Assembly (NCBI GenBank): GCA_030141605.1 | Contig: JAQGDQ010001282.1 | Coordinates: 1-49,787 of the forward strand | Length of the DNA stretch: 49,787 nucleotides | Source of the DNA: Tubiluchus corallicola | Taxonomy: Eukaryota > Animalia > Priapulida | Direction of reading: 5' to 3' | Shown here: positions 1 through 12,822 of the stretch, one piece after another | How positions within the stretch are numbered: the first letter of the stretch is position 1 | Layout of the letters: the number at the start of each line of letters is the position of its first letter | Translations under genes and position numbers: made by a program | The notes under the pieces: generated by a model | Database searches by the model: none | Told to the model about the DNA's origin: nothing | The model's input: only the letters and a program-made list of their open reading frames with translations

Positions 1-409
1 AGGGTTGTATGTGGGTCCCTGGAGAGTTGTGTGTGGGTTTCCTGGAGGGTTCTGTTGGGGTTCCCTAGAGGGTTGTCTGGGTGTTCCCTGGAGGGTTGTG
101 TGTGTGGGTTCTCTAGAGGGTTGTATGTGGGTCCCTGGAGAGTTGTGTGTGGGTTTCCTGGAGGGTTGTGTTGGGGTTCCCTAAAGGGATGTGTGGGTGT
201 TCCCTGGAGGGTTGTGTGTGGGTTCTCTAGAGGGTTGTATGTGGGTCCCTGGAGAGTTGTGTGTGGGTTTCCTGGAGGGTTGTGTTGGGGTTCCCTAGAG
301 GGTTGTGTGGGTGTTCCCTGGAGGGTTGTGTGTGGGTTCTCTAGAGGGTTGTATGTAGGTCCCTGGAGGGTTGTGTGTGGGTTCCTTGATCTCTTGCTTG
401 TTGTTTCTT
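1..409 (+). repeat. GC-rich minisatellite (~20-bp subunits, ~118-bp higher-order unit); left arm of a large inverted repeat
   Basis: Recurring agggttgtgtgtgggt(t)ccct(g/a)g units. It ends in unique gttccttgatctcttgcttgttgtttctt, whose reverse complement starts at 538. Confidence 0.9.
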
Positions 410-537
410 ATACATCTTATAATTAAAACATTTAATAGGTTAGAAGTTGTAAAAGGTGGCTATGTTGTCAACATTTGATGGAAAGCTGGAGAGAGTGTGA
501 GAAGACGAGAGAGAGAGAGAGAGTAATGAAGTAAAGA

Positions 538-1040
538 AAGAAACAACAAGCAAGAGATCAAGGAACCCACACACAACCCTCCAGGGAATCCACACACAAC
601 CCTCTAGGGAACCCACGCACAACCCTCCAGGGAACACCCACACATCCCTTTAGGGAACCCCAACGCAACTCTCCAGGGAACCCACACACAACCCTCTAGA
701 GAACCCACACACAACCCTCCAGGGAACACCCACACAACCCTCTAGGGAACCCCAACACAACCCTCCAGGAAACCCACACACAACTCTCCAGGGACCCACA
801 TACAACCCTCTAGAGAACCCACACACACAACCCTCCAGGGAACACCCAGACAACCCTCTAGGGAACCCCAACAGAACCCTCCAGGAAACCCACACACAAC
901 TCTCCAGGGACCCACATACAACCCTCTAGAGAACCCACACACAACCCTCCAGGGAACACCCAGACAACCCTCTAGGGAACCCACACACAACCCTCTAGGA
1001 AACCAACACACAACAATCCAGGGAACCCACACAAAACCCT
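538..1040 (-). repeat. Inverted copy of the 1-409 minisatellite (right arm)
   Basis: aagaaacaacaagcaagagatcaaggaacccacacacaaccctccagg is the reverse complement of 362-409, followed by inverted repeat units. Confidence 0.9.
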
Positions 1041-1295
1041 CCGGTTAACCCAGCTCTTCAGAACCGCTTCACTTTTCAACATTGCTCCTCCATTATAACA
1101 TGTTTTAAACTTCAACAAACACGCAAATGTAGCGAAGTATAAATGAACCGATAACGTAAACCGATACGTATTTACTTGTTCTCCACATGTGGCAAAGTTC
1201 TTTCAAACTGGACTTCCAAATTCCCCGGGGCAGATCTAAAAAAATGGCTTCAACAACGCATTGCTATTGACGGAAGAAAGTCTTCCCTAACTTTT

Positions 1296-1421
1296 AGTTT
1301 AAACATAATTTATTTAGGATTGGATCAGACAGTTTGAACACATGATATAGGATCCTCACCACAACAGGCTACACACGCACACGCACACGCACGCACGCAC
1401 GTACGCACACACACACACACA

Positions 1422-1460
<39 letters not shown>

Positions 1461-2008
1461 TCTCTCACTTTCTCTCTCTCGTTCTCCCTCTCTCTTTCTC
1501 TCCCTCTCCCCCCCCCTCTCTCTCTCTCTCTCACTTTCTCTCTCTCTCTTTCTCTCTCTGTCTCTCTCTCCCTCCCCCCCTCCACCCTCTCTCTCTCTCT
1601 CTCTCTCTCTCTCAGTCAGTTTAAACATAATTTATTTAGGATTGGATCAGACAGTTTGAACAACATGATTTAGGATCCTCACCACAACAGACTTTATACA
1701 CTATTTACAAGAACATTTGCAGTAAGAATAGACTACAACTACAAAAGCTGACAAGTTTTACTACAAGACTACATTAGACATTAGTAGAAAATGACGGTTA
1801 GTAAATATTAATGTACGAATATTTAAGACTGATGCATTTCATATCAGATAGAAACTACTGGAAGCGTTTAGTACGTAATATAAAGTCATGTGTGCATTGG
1901 AATATTTTACAGTTAGCAACATTGTTAAATTCATCCTTTCCAAACACTAACAACTTCAACAGATCATTAGATACTAAGGCAGCTATATTAAGGTTTTCGG
2001 GCAGAAGT
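1296..2008 (-). mobile_element. CR1/L2-type LINE 3' fragment (copy A), interrupted by a microsatellite and a duplicated tail
   Basis: 1618-2008 matches 22192-22597 of the RT-bearing copy. It is flanked by a near-perfect TSD ttccctaactttt (1283-1295) / ttcccttactttt (2009-2021). Confidence 0.88.
1370..1613. repeat. Compound (CA/CACG)n-(CT)n microsatellite
   Basis: Direct reading. Confidence 0.95.
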
Positions 2009-2427
2009 TTCCCTTACTTTTCAAATGAGGATCCCGGAAGTCGTCCAACGCCAGCACCTCAAATCCAGAAATGCCCAAAATCCCGGTGTGTAAAAACACG
2101 AATGTATCTTCAAGAAAAGATGTAGGCTATCCTTGTTTGAAGGGCCTTAAATACTTCTGGCCTTTGTGTAGGTTCCCATGCGCAACTGCTTCTGCGCAGC
2201 GGGGTATTGAGCCAGGAAGGAAGCGTTCCCTGAAATTTCTGGAAACTTTTTCCAATTGCCTGGTTAAATGAGCAATATTTGTAGTGCCACGTTGCAACAT
2301 CAAATCATAAAATCTGATTCAATCGAAAAACCTTTTAGAAAACAATGAAAAAGAAGTGATAGAATGTCATAAAATTTGAACTCCGTACTTCTCTTAGTCG
2401 CAAAAAAGACGTACTTGCTAGGCAAGC

Positions 2428-3030
2428 ATTAAAGGACAAGACAACACTTTACTTACAAACAGCTAAAAAAAATTCGTCTTGAAATTTTATATCACCCTGA
2501 TAGACATTAAAGGACAAGACAACACTTTACTTACAAACAGCTAAAAAATCGTCTTGAAATTTTGTACCACCCCCGACAGATATTAAAGCACAAGACAACA
2601 CTTTACTTACAAACAGCTAAAAAAATTCGTCTTGAAATTTTATATCACCCTGACAGACATTAAAGCACAAGGCAACCTTTTAGTTACACACGATTAAAAA
2701 AAATAAGTCTTGAAATTTTGTATCACCCCTGACAGATATTAAAGGACAAGGCAACCCTTTAGTTACACACGACTAAAAAAATTCGTCTTGAAATTTTGTA
2801 TCACCCCGACAGATATTAATTAAAGGACAAGACAACCCTTTAATTTTGTATCACCCCTGACAGATATTAAAGGACAAGGCAACCCTTTAGTTACACACGA
2901 CTAAAAAAATTCGTCTTGAAATTTTGTATCACCCCGACAGATATTAATTAAAGGACAAGACAACCCTTTAGTTACACACGACTAAAAAAATTCGTCTTGA
3001 AATTTTGTATCACCCCGACAGATATTAAAG
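2428..3030 (+). repeat. Minisatellite, ~78-bp unit, ~8 copies
   Basis: Unit attaaaggacaagacaac...aattcgtcttgaaattttgtatcacccc(t)gacagat. Confidence 0.9.
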
Positions 3031-3067
3031 CAAAAATTTCCTCTTGTGTACGCTGTTGTGTATTGTA

Positions 3068-3550
3068 ATATAAACTGCTGTATACGCATTACGGATTACA
3101 CATTACGTACACATGGAAACACTGCCGCGTGTTTAAATATAAACTGTTGTATACGCATCACGCATTACGTACACATGGAAACACCGCCACGTGTTTAAAT
3201 ATAAACTGTTGTATACGCATCACGCATTGCATACGCATCACGCATTATGGATTACGCATTACGTACACATGGAAACACTGCCACGTGTTTAAATATAAAC
3301 TGTTGTATACGCATCACGCATTACGCATTACGTGCACATGGAAACACTTGCACTTGTTTAAATATAAACTGTTGTATACGCATCACGCATTACGGATTAC
3401 GCATTACGTACACATGGAAACACCGCCACGTGTTTAAATATAAACTGTTGTATACGCATCACGCATTATGGATTACGCATTACATACACACAGAAACCCC
3501 GTCACCACGTGTTTAAATATAAACTGTTGTATACGCATCACGCATTAAGC
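3068..3550 (+). repeat. Minisatellite, ~62-85-bp variable unit, ~7 copies
   Basis: Unit aatataaactgttgtatacgcatcacgcattacgtacacatggaaacaccgccacgtgttta with a variable number of acgcatt subunits. Confidence 0.9.
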
Positions 3551-4002
3551 GCACACGGAGTCGTACCTTTACAGATAAATAGACGTGAAAGAAAAACAGA
3601 AACATCATTAGATGCAGGCGAACAATTGAACTTCACAACAAAAAGGTGGGCAGTTGTACACTTGGGAGTTCATTGCAATTGACACCCTGAATGACTGTGA
3701 CGTAATCAGGTCATGGCTTCACGTACGCTACGTATTATGTAGTTACTGTCATGCATGACTTGAACTGATACATGTGCGTGGTGGTGTTGGTGGAGTGGTG
3801 CAGGTGGTGTGGCAAGTGTGGGTGGTGTGGTGTAGGTGATAGGGTGTTTGTGGTGTGGTGTGGTGTGGGTTGTGTGGTGTGAGTAGTGTGGGTGGTGTGG
3901 TGTGGGTTGTGTGTTCATTTATGCACAAAATTCTTTTTGCTGGGTTTGACTAGTTCTATATTATTATATTTTTTTGTATATACATGCGTGTACTGATTTA
4001 AA

Positions 4003-4840
4003 ATGAATGAATGGATGAATGGATAAATGAATGAATGAATGCATGAATGAATGAATGAATGAATAATGAATGAATGAATAGATGGATGAATGAATGAATG
4101 AATGAATGAATGAATGAATGAATGAATGAATGAATAGATGGATGGATAAATGGATAAATGAATGAATGAATGAATGAATGAATGAATGAGTGAAAGAATG
4201 GATGGATGAATAAATGAATGAATGAATGAATGAATGAATGAATGAATGAATGAATGAATGAATGAATGAATGAACGAATGGATGAATGAACGAGTGAATG
4301 AATGAATGAATGGATGGATGGATGGATGAATGGATGAATGGATAAATGGATAAATGAATGAATGAATGAATGAATGAATGAATGAACGAACGAACGAATG
4401 AACGAATGAACGAATGAATGAATGAATGAATGAATGAATGAATGAATGAATGAATGAATGAATGAATGAATGAATGAATGGATAAATGAATGAATGAATG
4501 AATGAATGAATGAATGAATGAATGAATGAATGAATGAATGAATGAATGAATGAATGAATGAATGAATGAATGAATGAATGAATGAATAATGAATGAATAA
4601 AGGAAGGAAAGAAACAAAAAAGAACAAATAATTAAACAAAGAATGAAACAAGGAAGGAAAAAACGAACAAACAACAAACCAAAAAATGAACAAAAGAACT
4701 TACGAACAAACGTACAAACAAATAAACAAACTATCAAACAGTGGAAGGAACAAACGAACAGACGAGTGAAAGAACGAACGAACGAATGTACAAACAAACA
4801 AAACCAGCAAGCAAGCAAACAAACAAACATAAACAAACAC
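4003..4840. repeat. (GAAT)n tetranucleotide microsatellite followed by an (AAAC)-rich tract
   Basis: Direct reading. It explains the HSFI-repeat ORFs. Confidence 0.95.
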
Positions 4841-5013
4841 GTGACACATACATAGTTTGACGAAACTGCTTTTCCTTTTAATGAAAACGATTTCTGTACA
4901 TAAAATCAAAGGTGTTTAAAAATGACGTCAGACAATACAGCACCCACCGTGATTTACAGCTCGGGAAGAGGTAATTTTCACCCCGTAATTTCATTGCCTA
5001 AATTACCAGATAT

Positions 5014-5230
5014 CTAATGCGCGCGTAGAAGACGGGATGGCTCGTCCCGTTTCCATGCCGACGAGTGGATGCGGGGAGCAGCTGGTGAAGATTCACCATA
5101 GTTACTGCCTTCTAACGTGAGCGGCGTATTGTCCACGTTGGCTTCGGGCAAAATGAGGGCTTCGTCTGCATTTCTGGGGGTTTGGAGTGGTCTCCTCGTC
5201 TTCACATAAACAGAGATTAGTTGCAAGATC
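5014..5230 (-). CDS. Possible terminal exon of an unidentified minus-strand gene (ILQLISVYVKTRRPLQTP...LLRAH*)
   Basis: Island of higher GC with an open frame and a CAG at 5231-5233 on the minus strand. The pyrimidine tract is poor, and I found no homology or in-phase upstream exon. Confidence 0.25.
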
Positions 5231-5460
5231 CTGCTGTTGGGATGCTGCGTGACGTCATCGTTTGGTTCACATTCACATTGCTGTTGCTGGGATGCTGCGT
5301 GACGTCATCGTTTGGTTCACATTCACATTGCTGTTGCTGGGATGCTGCGTGACGTCATCGTTTGGTTCACATTCACATTGCTGTTGCTGGGATACTGCAT
5401 GACATCATCGTTTGGTTCACATTCATATTGCTGTTGCTAGGATACTGCGTGACGTCATCG
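5231..5460 (+). repeat. Minisatellite, 50-bp unit, ~4.6 copies, carrying TGACGTCA
   Basis: Unit ctgttgctgggatgctgcgtgacgtcatcgtttggttcacattcacattg at 5231, 5281, 5331, 5381 and 5431. Confidence 0.92.
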
Positions 5461-5647
5461 GTCTGTTAACATTCATACATACTGCAGTTACTGCAATTAC
5501 TTTGTCAGTTGTTACTGCATTTCGTAGTGTGTGGAAGACAGAGAAAAGGCATTAGTTAGGATCGCTCTAATATGAGTGATCTACACTGGATATGCTTCCT
5601 TTGGCAGCTATAAGGAATACATTGTGGACTACCTTGACCACTGGGAG

Positions 5648-5730
5648 GCTTAGGTGGCATAGCGGTTAAGGCGTCTGCAATGTAAAGAGAAATCTCGGGT
5701 TCAAATCCGGACCACAATGCAAGTTTTTCA
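5648..5730 (+). mobile_element. tRNA-derived SINE-like head (Pol III A and B boxes)
   Basis: A-box-like tggcatagcgg (5655-5665) and B-box-like ggttcaaatcc (5698-5708) at tRNA spacing. No intact cloverleaf is evident. Confidence 0.55.
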
Positions 5731-6532
5731 CGTTTAAAGTTGGCATCAAAATTAAATTCATTGTGGGTTGTAGCATTGTTCTCTTTACCATATTTTTCAG
5801 GTTTGTAGAACTTACTCCACCTCTCCGCCACTTACTCCACCCCTCAACCACTTACTCCACCTCTCACCCACTCACTCCACAGCTCAACCACTTACTCCAC
5901 CTCACACTTCCACCACTACAAGCTTGCTTTTTCCCAGCAAACAGTTTTGCTCTGTAAGTCAAAGATGGTTGACTACCCGATAACAATGTTAAGACAAACA
6001 ATAGACAAACAGACAGACAGACAGACCTGCTGTAAACAATACACTGCTGTCACAGAGTTCATTATGCACTACAAGGCATGTGGCGTCATCTATCGGCAGA
6101 AACAAAATATCACAGACTCGTGCCTCTTTAAACTCCTTTGCATAAAGATAACGACATTTTTCGTGATGTTCCACCTGCGAAATCTCTGCACCTGCGCGCA
6201 TGCGCAACAGTCTCTATCACATCCAAACAGCCATTAACTGAAGCTGTGCACTCGACGTACTTCATCATTACTCACGAGCAGCTAATTAGCATGATTAATT
6301 ACAGCAAAGCTGTTATAAAACCCCGCAAACTATTAGCAAACAAGCAGCGGGTATTTGATACCTCTGTTTCTTCCTGATGGCGGCAATAAAAGTATTAATC
6401 CAGGAAATGGGGAGAGTATTGTTTGCTCATCTGCTGCTGTGGAAAAACTAGAGGAAGCTGCTCTTGGCATCTCACGCAACACGTTGATTAATCATTAACG
6501 CTTATATATCGAATACAAATATTTGCAAAAAT

Positions 6533-6906
<374 letters not shown>

Positions 6907-7146
6907 CTGTGGAAAAACTATAGGACGTTGCTCTCGGCATCTCACGCGACACTTTGATTAATCATTAACGCTTATAAATCGAATACAAATATTTGCAAAA
7001 ATGGCAAAATTGCATTGTGGTAAAGTGTTGCGTGCATTAAGCTGTCTAATCAGTCTCGATGCTTCAAATGTTGCTGGTAAAACCGTTAACTAGTCTTTGT
7101 AGCGTTTTGTGATCAACCTCTTAAACGCGAATATTGAAAGACTTAA

Positions 7147-8030
7147 TTAGACGGGAAAATTTCTTCTCTGTTTTTGATGAAAGCATTTAGGCGGGAAAAT
7201 TTCCTCTCTGTTTTTGATGAAAGCAGTTAGACGGGAAAATTTCGTCTCTGTTTTTGATGAAAGCAGTTAGACGGGAAAATTTCGTCTCTGTTTTTGATGA
7301 AAGCATTTAGGCGGGAAAATTTCGTCTCTGTTTTTCATGAAAGCATTTAGGCGGGAAAATTTCGTCTCTGTTTTTCATGAAAGCATTTAGGCGGGAAAAT
7401 TTCGTCTCTGTTTTTGATGAAAGCATTTAGGCGGGAAAATTTCCTCTCTGTTTTTGATGAAAGCATTTAGGCGGGAAAATTTCCTCTCTGTTTTTCATGA
7501 AAGCATTAGGCGGGAAAATTTCGTCTCTGTTTTTGATGAACGCAGTTAGACGGGAAAATTTCGTCTCTGTTTTTCATGAAAGCAGTTAGACGGGAAAAGT
7601 TCGTCTCTGTTTTTCATGAAAGCATTTAGGCGGGAAAATTTCGTCTCTGTTTTTCATGAAAGCAGTTAGGCGGGAAAATTTCGTCTCTGTTTTTGATGAA
7701 ATGAAAGCAGTTAGGCGGGAAAAATTCTTCTCTGTTTTTGATGAAAGCAGTTAGGCGGGAAAATTTCGTCTCTGTTTTTCATGAAAGCATTTAGACGGGA
7801 AAATTTCGTGTCTGTTTTTCATGAAAGCATTTAGGCGGGAAAATTTCGTCTCTGTTTTTCATGAAAGCATTTAGACGGGAAAATTTCGTCTCTGTTTTTG
7901 ATGAAAGCAGTTAGGCGGGAAAATTTCGTCTCTGTTTTTGATGAAACCAGTTAGAGGGGAAAATTTCGTCTCTGTTTTTCCTGAAAGCAGTTAGGCGGGA
8001 AAATTCCGTCTCTGTTTTTCCTGAAAGCTG
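7147..8030 (+). repeat. Minisatellite, 40-bp unit, ~22 copies
   Basis: Unit ttag(g/a)cgggaaaatttcgtctctgtttt(t/c)atgaaagca(t/g). Confidence 0.95.
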
Positions 8031-8192
8031 TTATAACGCGCGCGGAACATTTTTCTTGGTTTTATAGGGGAAGGTGCTCTTGGAGGAGCAGGAGAGAATA
8101 GATGAGGAAGCTGGAAAATGATAACAAAATGCTTAGGAAAAGTGCAGAACTGATAGATAAGAAAGAAACCTTCTCTCAAGGTCATTGTCTTC

Positions 8193-8515
8193 ATAACATC
8201 ATCATCATCATCATCATCACTACGACTATCACCATCATCATCAGCATCATCATTATCATCACCACTACTACCACCACCACCATCGTTACCATCATCACTA
8301 CTATCACCACCACCATCATCATCATTATCATCACGACTACTACCACCACCACCATCATCATCCTCAGCAGCAGCAGCAGCAGCAGCAGCAGCACCACCAC
8401 CACCACCATCATTACCATCAGCACCATCACAATCACCGTTGTCGTATTTATCGCCATCGCAGTTGTAGTTGTCATAACCATCGTTGCTACCATTGCCGTC
8501 ATCGTCACCATCAGC
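8193..8515. repeat. Compound trinucleotide tract (ATC/ACC/CAG)
   Basis: Direct reading. Confidence 0.9.
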
Positions 8516-9022
8516 ACGAGTACTATCGGGTCCACCATGACAATCAATACTTAATGGGGAAGCCATAGATTACATATCCACTACAGCCTTACGTGATCGT
8601 GATAGGCTTCAAGCTTGACATTGAAAGATCATAAAACCGCCAGTGCGCATGCGCAGTACATTAATACAGCAGACCACTGGGATGGACTGGGGAAGGCTAA
8701 TGCAAAATGTGGCAATTTGCCCTTTACATTGTAACAGCTCTTGCCTGACAGTGGATTAGGAGGCCAAAGGGGAAATAGTCATACAACGTAACAGGCTGAC
8801 TGACCACACAGATCAATACGTCGACCAAGTGTATTGCACAGTCAACTTGGTGAACTTGTTCCAGTGTAGCTGCGTTACCAGCGTAACGACTCATCGCAAG
8901 ACTTAATGAATTTGAATCGAGTAGTCACGCGGAGAGAGGAGCATCCAACCACAAAGGGCTGTGAGCCGATCCACGAAATTAATATAGAAAATAACGTGGT
9001 TCTTCAATCTCTCTAAGCGCTC

Positions 9023-9049
9023 CTCTCTCTCTCTTTCTCTCTCTTCTCT

Positions 9050-9094
<45 letters not shown>

Positions 9095-9217
9095 TCTCTT
9101 CTCTCTCTTTCTCTCTCTATCCCTCTTCTCTTCTCTCCTCTCTTCTTTCTCTCTCTGTCTCTCCTATCCTCTTTCTCTCTCCCGTCTGTATTCTCTTTTT
9201 CTCCCTCCCTCTCTCTC

Positions 9218-9280
<63 letters not shown>

Positions 9281-9363
9281 CTGTCCCTCTCCTCTTCTCT
9301 CCTCTCTTCTTTCTCTCTCTGTCTCTCCTCTCCTCTTTCTCTCTCCCGTCTGTATTCTCTTTT

Positions 9364-9410
<47 letters not shown>

Positions 9411-9510
9411 CTCTCTTCTCTTCTCTCTCTTTCTCTCTCTGTCCCTCTCCTCTTCTCTCCTCTCTTCTTTCTCTCTCTGTCTCTCCTCTCCTCTTTCTCT
9501 CTCCCGTCTG

Positions 9511-9555
<45 letters not shown>
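9023..9555. repeat. (CT)-rich microsatellite between ~125-bp direct repeats (8895-9022, 9556-9680)
   Basis: cgcaagacttaatgaatttgaatcgagtagtca...ttcaatctctctaagc(g/a)ctc occurs on both sides. Confidence 0.92.
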
Positions 9556-9557
<2 letters not shown>

Positions 9558-9932
9558 CAAGACTTAATGAATTTGAATCGAGTAGTCATACGCGGAGAGG
9601 AGCGTCCAACCACAAAGGCTGAACCGATCCAGGAAATTAATCTTGAAAATAACGTGGTTCTTCAATCTCTCTAAGCACTCGAGTGGGCTGCGCGGCTGTC
9701 TGAAAGCTTTCACTGTGGGTGACTCTGGCAGACGGTGATTAATATTCATTTAAGTCGTGCATAGATGTCGCGACTGCATGTAATTTTGTCACATGTTGCA
9801 GCTGCGTATGATCAATTTTAAATCAAACTAAAGCCTCTCAGTAACATAAGTTTTTACAAGTTGAAATCCTAGTCTCGTTACGAATATTCAATTAATTTGA
9901 TTATAATTACAATTATAAGTTGACAATATTGA

Positions 9933-10434
9933 ATAATAACGGTCATCCAGTATTGCCGAATCGTAACTGTGGATTTCGATTTGAGGCTGTTGAACACTTT
10001 TTGTTGCACTGCCCATTGCATCAGCAAACTAGGGTTGTTATGTTTGATAAACTAAATGAAATACTTCTGTACGAAAACCTTAATATAGCTGCCTTAGGAA
10101 ATAATGATCTGTTGAAGTTGTTATTATTCGGTAAAGATGAATTTAACTATGTTGCTAACTGTAAAATATTCCAATGTATACATGACTTTATATTACGTAC
10201 TAAACGCTTTCAGTAGTTTCTATCTGATATGAAATGCATCAGTCTTAAATAATCGTACATTAATATTTTCTACTAATGTCTAATGTATTCTTGTCGTAAA
10301 ACTTGTCAGCTTGTTATTGTCTATTGCTACTGTAAATGTTTTTGTAAATAGTGTATAAAGTCTGTTGTGGTGAGGATCCTAAATCATGTTGTTCAAACTG
10401 TCTGATCCAATCCTATAATAAATTATGTTTAAAC
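9933..10434 (+). mobile_element. CR1/L2-type LINE 3' fragment (copy B)
   Basis: It encodes NCGFRFEAVEHFLLHCPLH...IHDFILRTKRFQ*, matching the ORF2 C-terminal Cys/His motif of copy D, and has the same 3' UTR. A candidate TSD taatttgattataa lies at 9893-9906 and 10435-10448. Confidence 0.9.
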
Positions 10435-11502
10435 TAATTTGATTATAAACTTACTGTAAAACTTGTTTCTTTTTTTCTTTTTTTATCATTTCATTGTTAG
10501 CGGTATTAAATTTGAAAAACCGCCATTTTCGTTGCAGGAGGCGAATGACGTAATGAGTGCAGTCACGAGGTCACCAAAGATCGGTAAACAAACCTCGGTA
10601 ACCAAGGACGCTTTCTGTGCGTCGTACGTCATTCTCGATCACTCACGCCAGAGACGTGAAACATGGCGATCTTTACGGCGATGCACGTGTTTGAAATTCA
10701 CCAGAAAAAGGCAAGTTATTTAATTTATAAGTCTCCTTTGTTTAATAATGACTATGAATTCTTTGTGTAATCATAATAATGCGTTAAAAAACTTCAATAT
10801 CTTTTGGAGTTATATAGAAATAACTTTTGAATCAAAAATCAAAGGTGCAGCAAAACCCTTGCCTAATTCGACAGATGACTCTTATCATCATCATTATGAT
10901 CATCACTACTACCACCACCATCATCATCATTATCATCATCACTACTCCCACCACCACCATCATCATTATCATCATCACTACTACTCTCTAACGTCTAGCT
11001 TTAAGATGCAACTCTAGACAAAAAGACGTTTTTCCCGTGTTCGAACGCGTATCTACAGGCTCTAAAACAGGTAAACACCCATGGCAGTCTGGAATTTGAT
11101 GGAGGTTAAACTGTTCTAACAGTCTACCCTGACAGTCGCCCATCCATTTCGCTTGTCTCTGTCATACTTAACTTCGTAGCCGAACACAAACTTCAATGAC
11201 TGTTCGGGTTATATAAGCCTCTAACTAAATTGAAGACAGTAGCTTTAAAGACCCGTAATAAGAGCGAAGAAATCTTATCATTTCCAAGAATCATAAATAA
11301 TTCTAAATGAACCATTTCATGTCACTCTTATTTACCTGTCCATTTTGTACAATTTATTTACTTATTGAATTTCTATCGTACACAAAGTATAGTTCTTAAT
11401 TAAAATAGGCGACATATATAAAAAGATTAAGAAAGATAAAATACGATATTAAAAACGCGCACGGACTACAAATATATTTAAAAGAGAAAATTTATTTGTA
11501 GG

Positions 11503-11591
11503 CAGGGCCTATTTCAGGGGGAAGTGGGGATACCTCCCTGGGGCCTCACCCTCCAGGGGGTAACATTTTTTGCTTTATGCTAACATGCTGC

Positions 11592-11667
<76 letters not shown>

Positions 11668-11934
11668 CTCCTCTCTCTCTCTCTCTCCCTTTCTCTCTCC
11701 CTCTCTCTCTCCCTCTCTCTCCCTCTCTCTCTTGCCGCACGTGCGCCGTTTGCCAGTATTGACAAGTATTAAGGACTGGTCTTGAGAATAAAGCAGTTTT
11801 CCTTTCAATTGTTCTTTCTTTTAACAATTGTATAACTCCATATTTTCTCTTCGAAAATGCTTCTCCGGCGTTCTAGCAGTTCAAAATCACACGCCCCACT
11901 TCCTCGGACCTTGCATAGGCTGAGATAGGCCCTG
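11503..11934. mobile_element. hAT-type MITE containing a (CT)n tract
   Basis: Terminal inverted repeats (TIRs) cagggcctatttcag / ctgagataggccctg and a perfect 8-bp TSD tttgtagg (11495-11502, 11935-11942). Confidence 0.88.
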
Positions 11935-12372
11935 TTTGTAGGTAAACAATTTAAAACACGTTAAAATGGAGGTTTTTAGACGAATGTGAAATTAATTGCG
12001 CTGCCATAAAACTCCTGTGCACATTTACTTCACACAAATTTTTAATCACAGTAATTGATTGGTTATTTTGCACACTGCACAGAAAGTTATTGCAGTATTG
12101 ACAAATATTTTAGTTCAGTTACCATTTATTAAATCGCGCTTGTAAATTAAGTTCCACACATTCTCCCAAAACCCGGAAAACACATGATAATAATGACATA
12201 CAGTATGCTTGATCAAAATATTCCTTGACTTTAACAGTCTCCTTAAGAAATTAATCGTTTTCTGTTCCCAATATATGCAGAAAGGAAAAGCGTTAACTGA
12301 AAGTACTGCAGTGTTTACATTGCTAAGTGGATACATACATATTCTAAATTTTACTATAAATAATGACACAAC

Positions 12373-12672
12373 GCTAACTGTAAAATATTCCAATGCATAC
12401 ATGACTTTATATTACGTACTAAACGCTTCCAGTAGTTTCTATCTGATATGAAATGCATCAGTCTTAAATATTCGTACATTAATATTTTCTAACTGTCATT
12501 TTCTACTAATGTCTAATGTAATCTTGTAGTAAAACTTGTCAGCTTGTGTAGTTATAGTCTATTCTTACTGTAAATGTTTTTGCAAATAGTGTATAAAGTC
12601 TGTTGTAGTGAGGATCGTAAATCATGTTGTTCAAACTGTCTGATCCAATCCTGTAATAAATTATGTTTAAAC
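12373..12672 (+). mobile_element. CR1/L2-type LINE 3' fragment (copy C)
   Basis: It matches the 3' end of copies B and D. TSD taatgacacaa (12361-12371) / taacgacacaa (12673-12683). Confidence 0.88.
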
Positions 12673-12822
12673 TAACGACACAATGATGCAATGTCATCGC
12701 GCTTACACCTACACAAAGTTTTGCGCCTCCTCGACTTGAACGAATATGTAAAATAGGCACTTCAACGTGGTACAGTACACGAATATGATATAAACGAGCA
12801 CGTTTTATGTACAGAATAAACC

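Noticed and set aside
3964-4855. 290-aa and 231-aa HSFI-repeat ORFs
   Set aside because: They are (GAAT)n microsatellite translations.
5648-5715. Functional tRNA gene (B-box motifs at ~44000 and ~48806 also considered)
   Set aside because: A and B boxes are present, but I could not build proper acceptor and anticodon stems. These are treated as SINE-like relics, and tRNAscan-SE would settle it.
8066-8180. Purine-rich exon-like stretch after ttttatag (GKVLLEEQERIDEEAGK*)
   Set aside because: It stops early, has no convincing donor, and does not link to a gene model.
7991-8566. D/G-rich 191-aa ORF and overlapping I/T- and V/M-rich ORFs
   Set aside because: They are translations of a compound trinucleotide tract running into the 40-bp minisatellite.
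10539-10583. Small + strand exon candidate (ttgcag...gtaaac)
   Set aside because: The splice-like signals are at chance level with no partner exons or homology.
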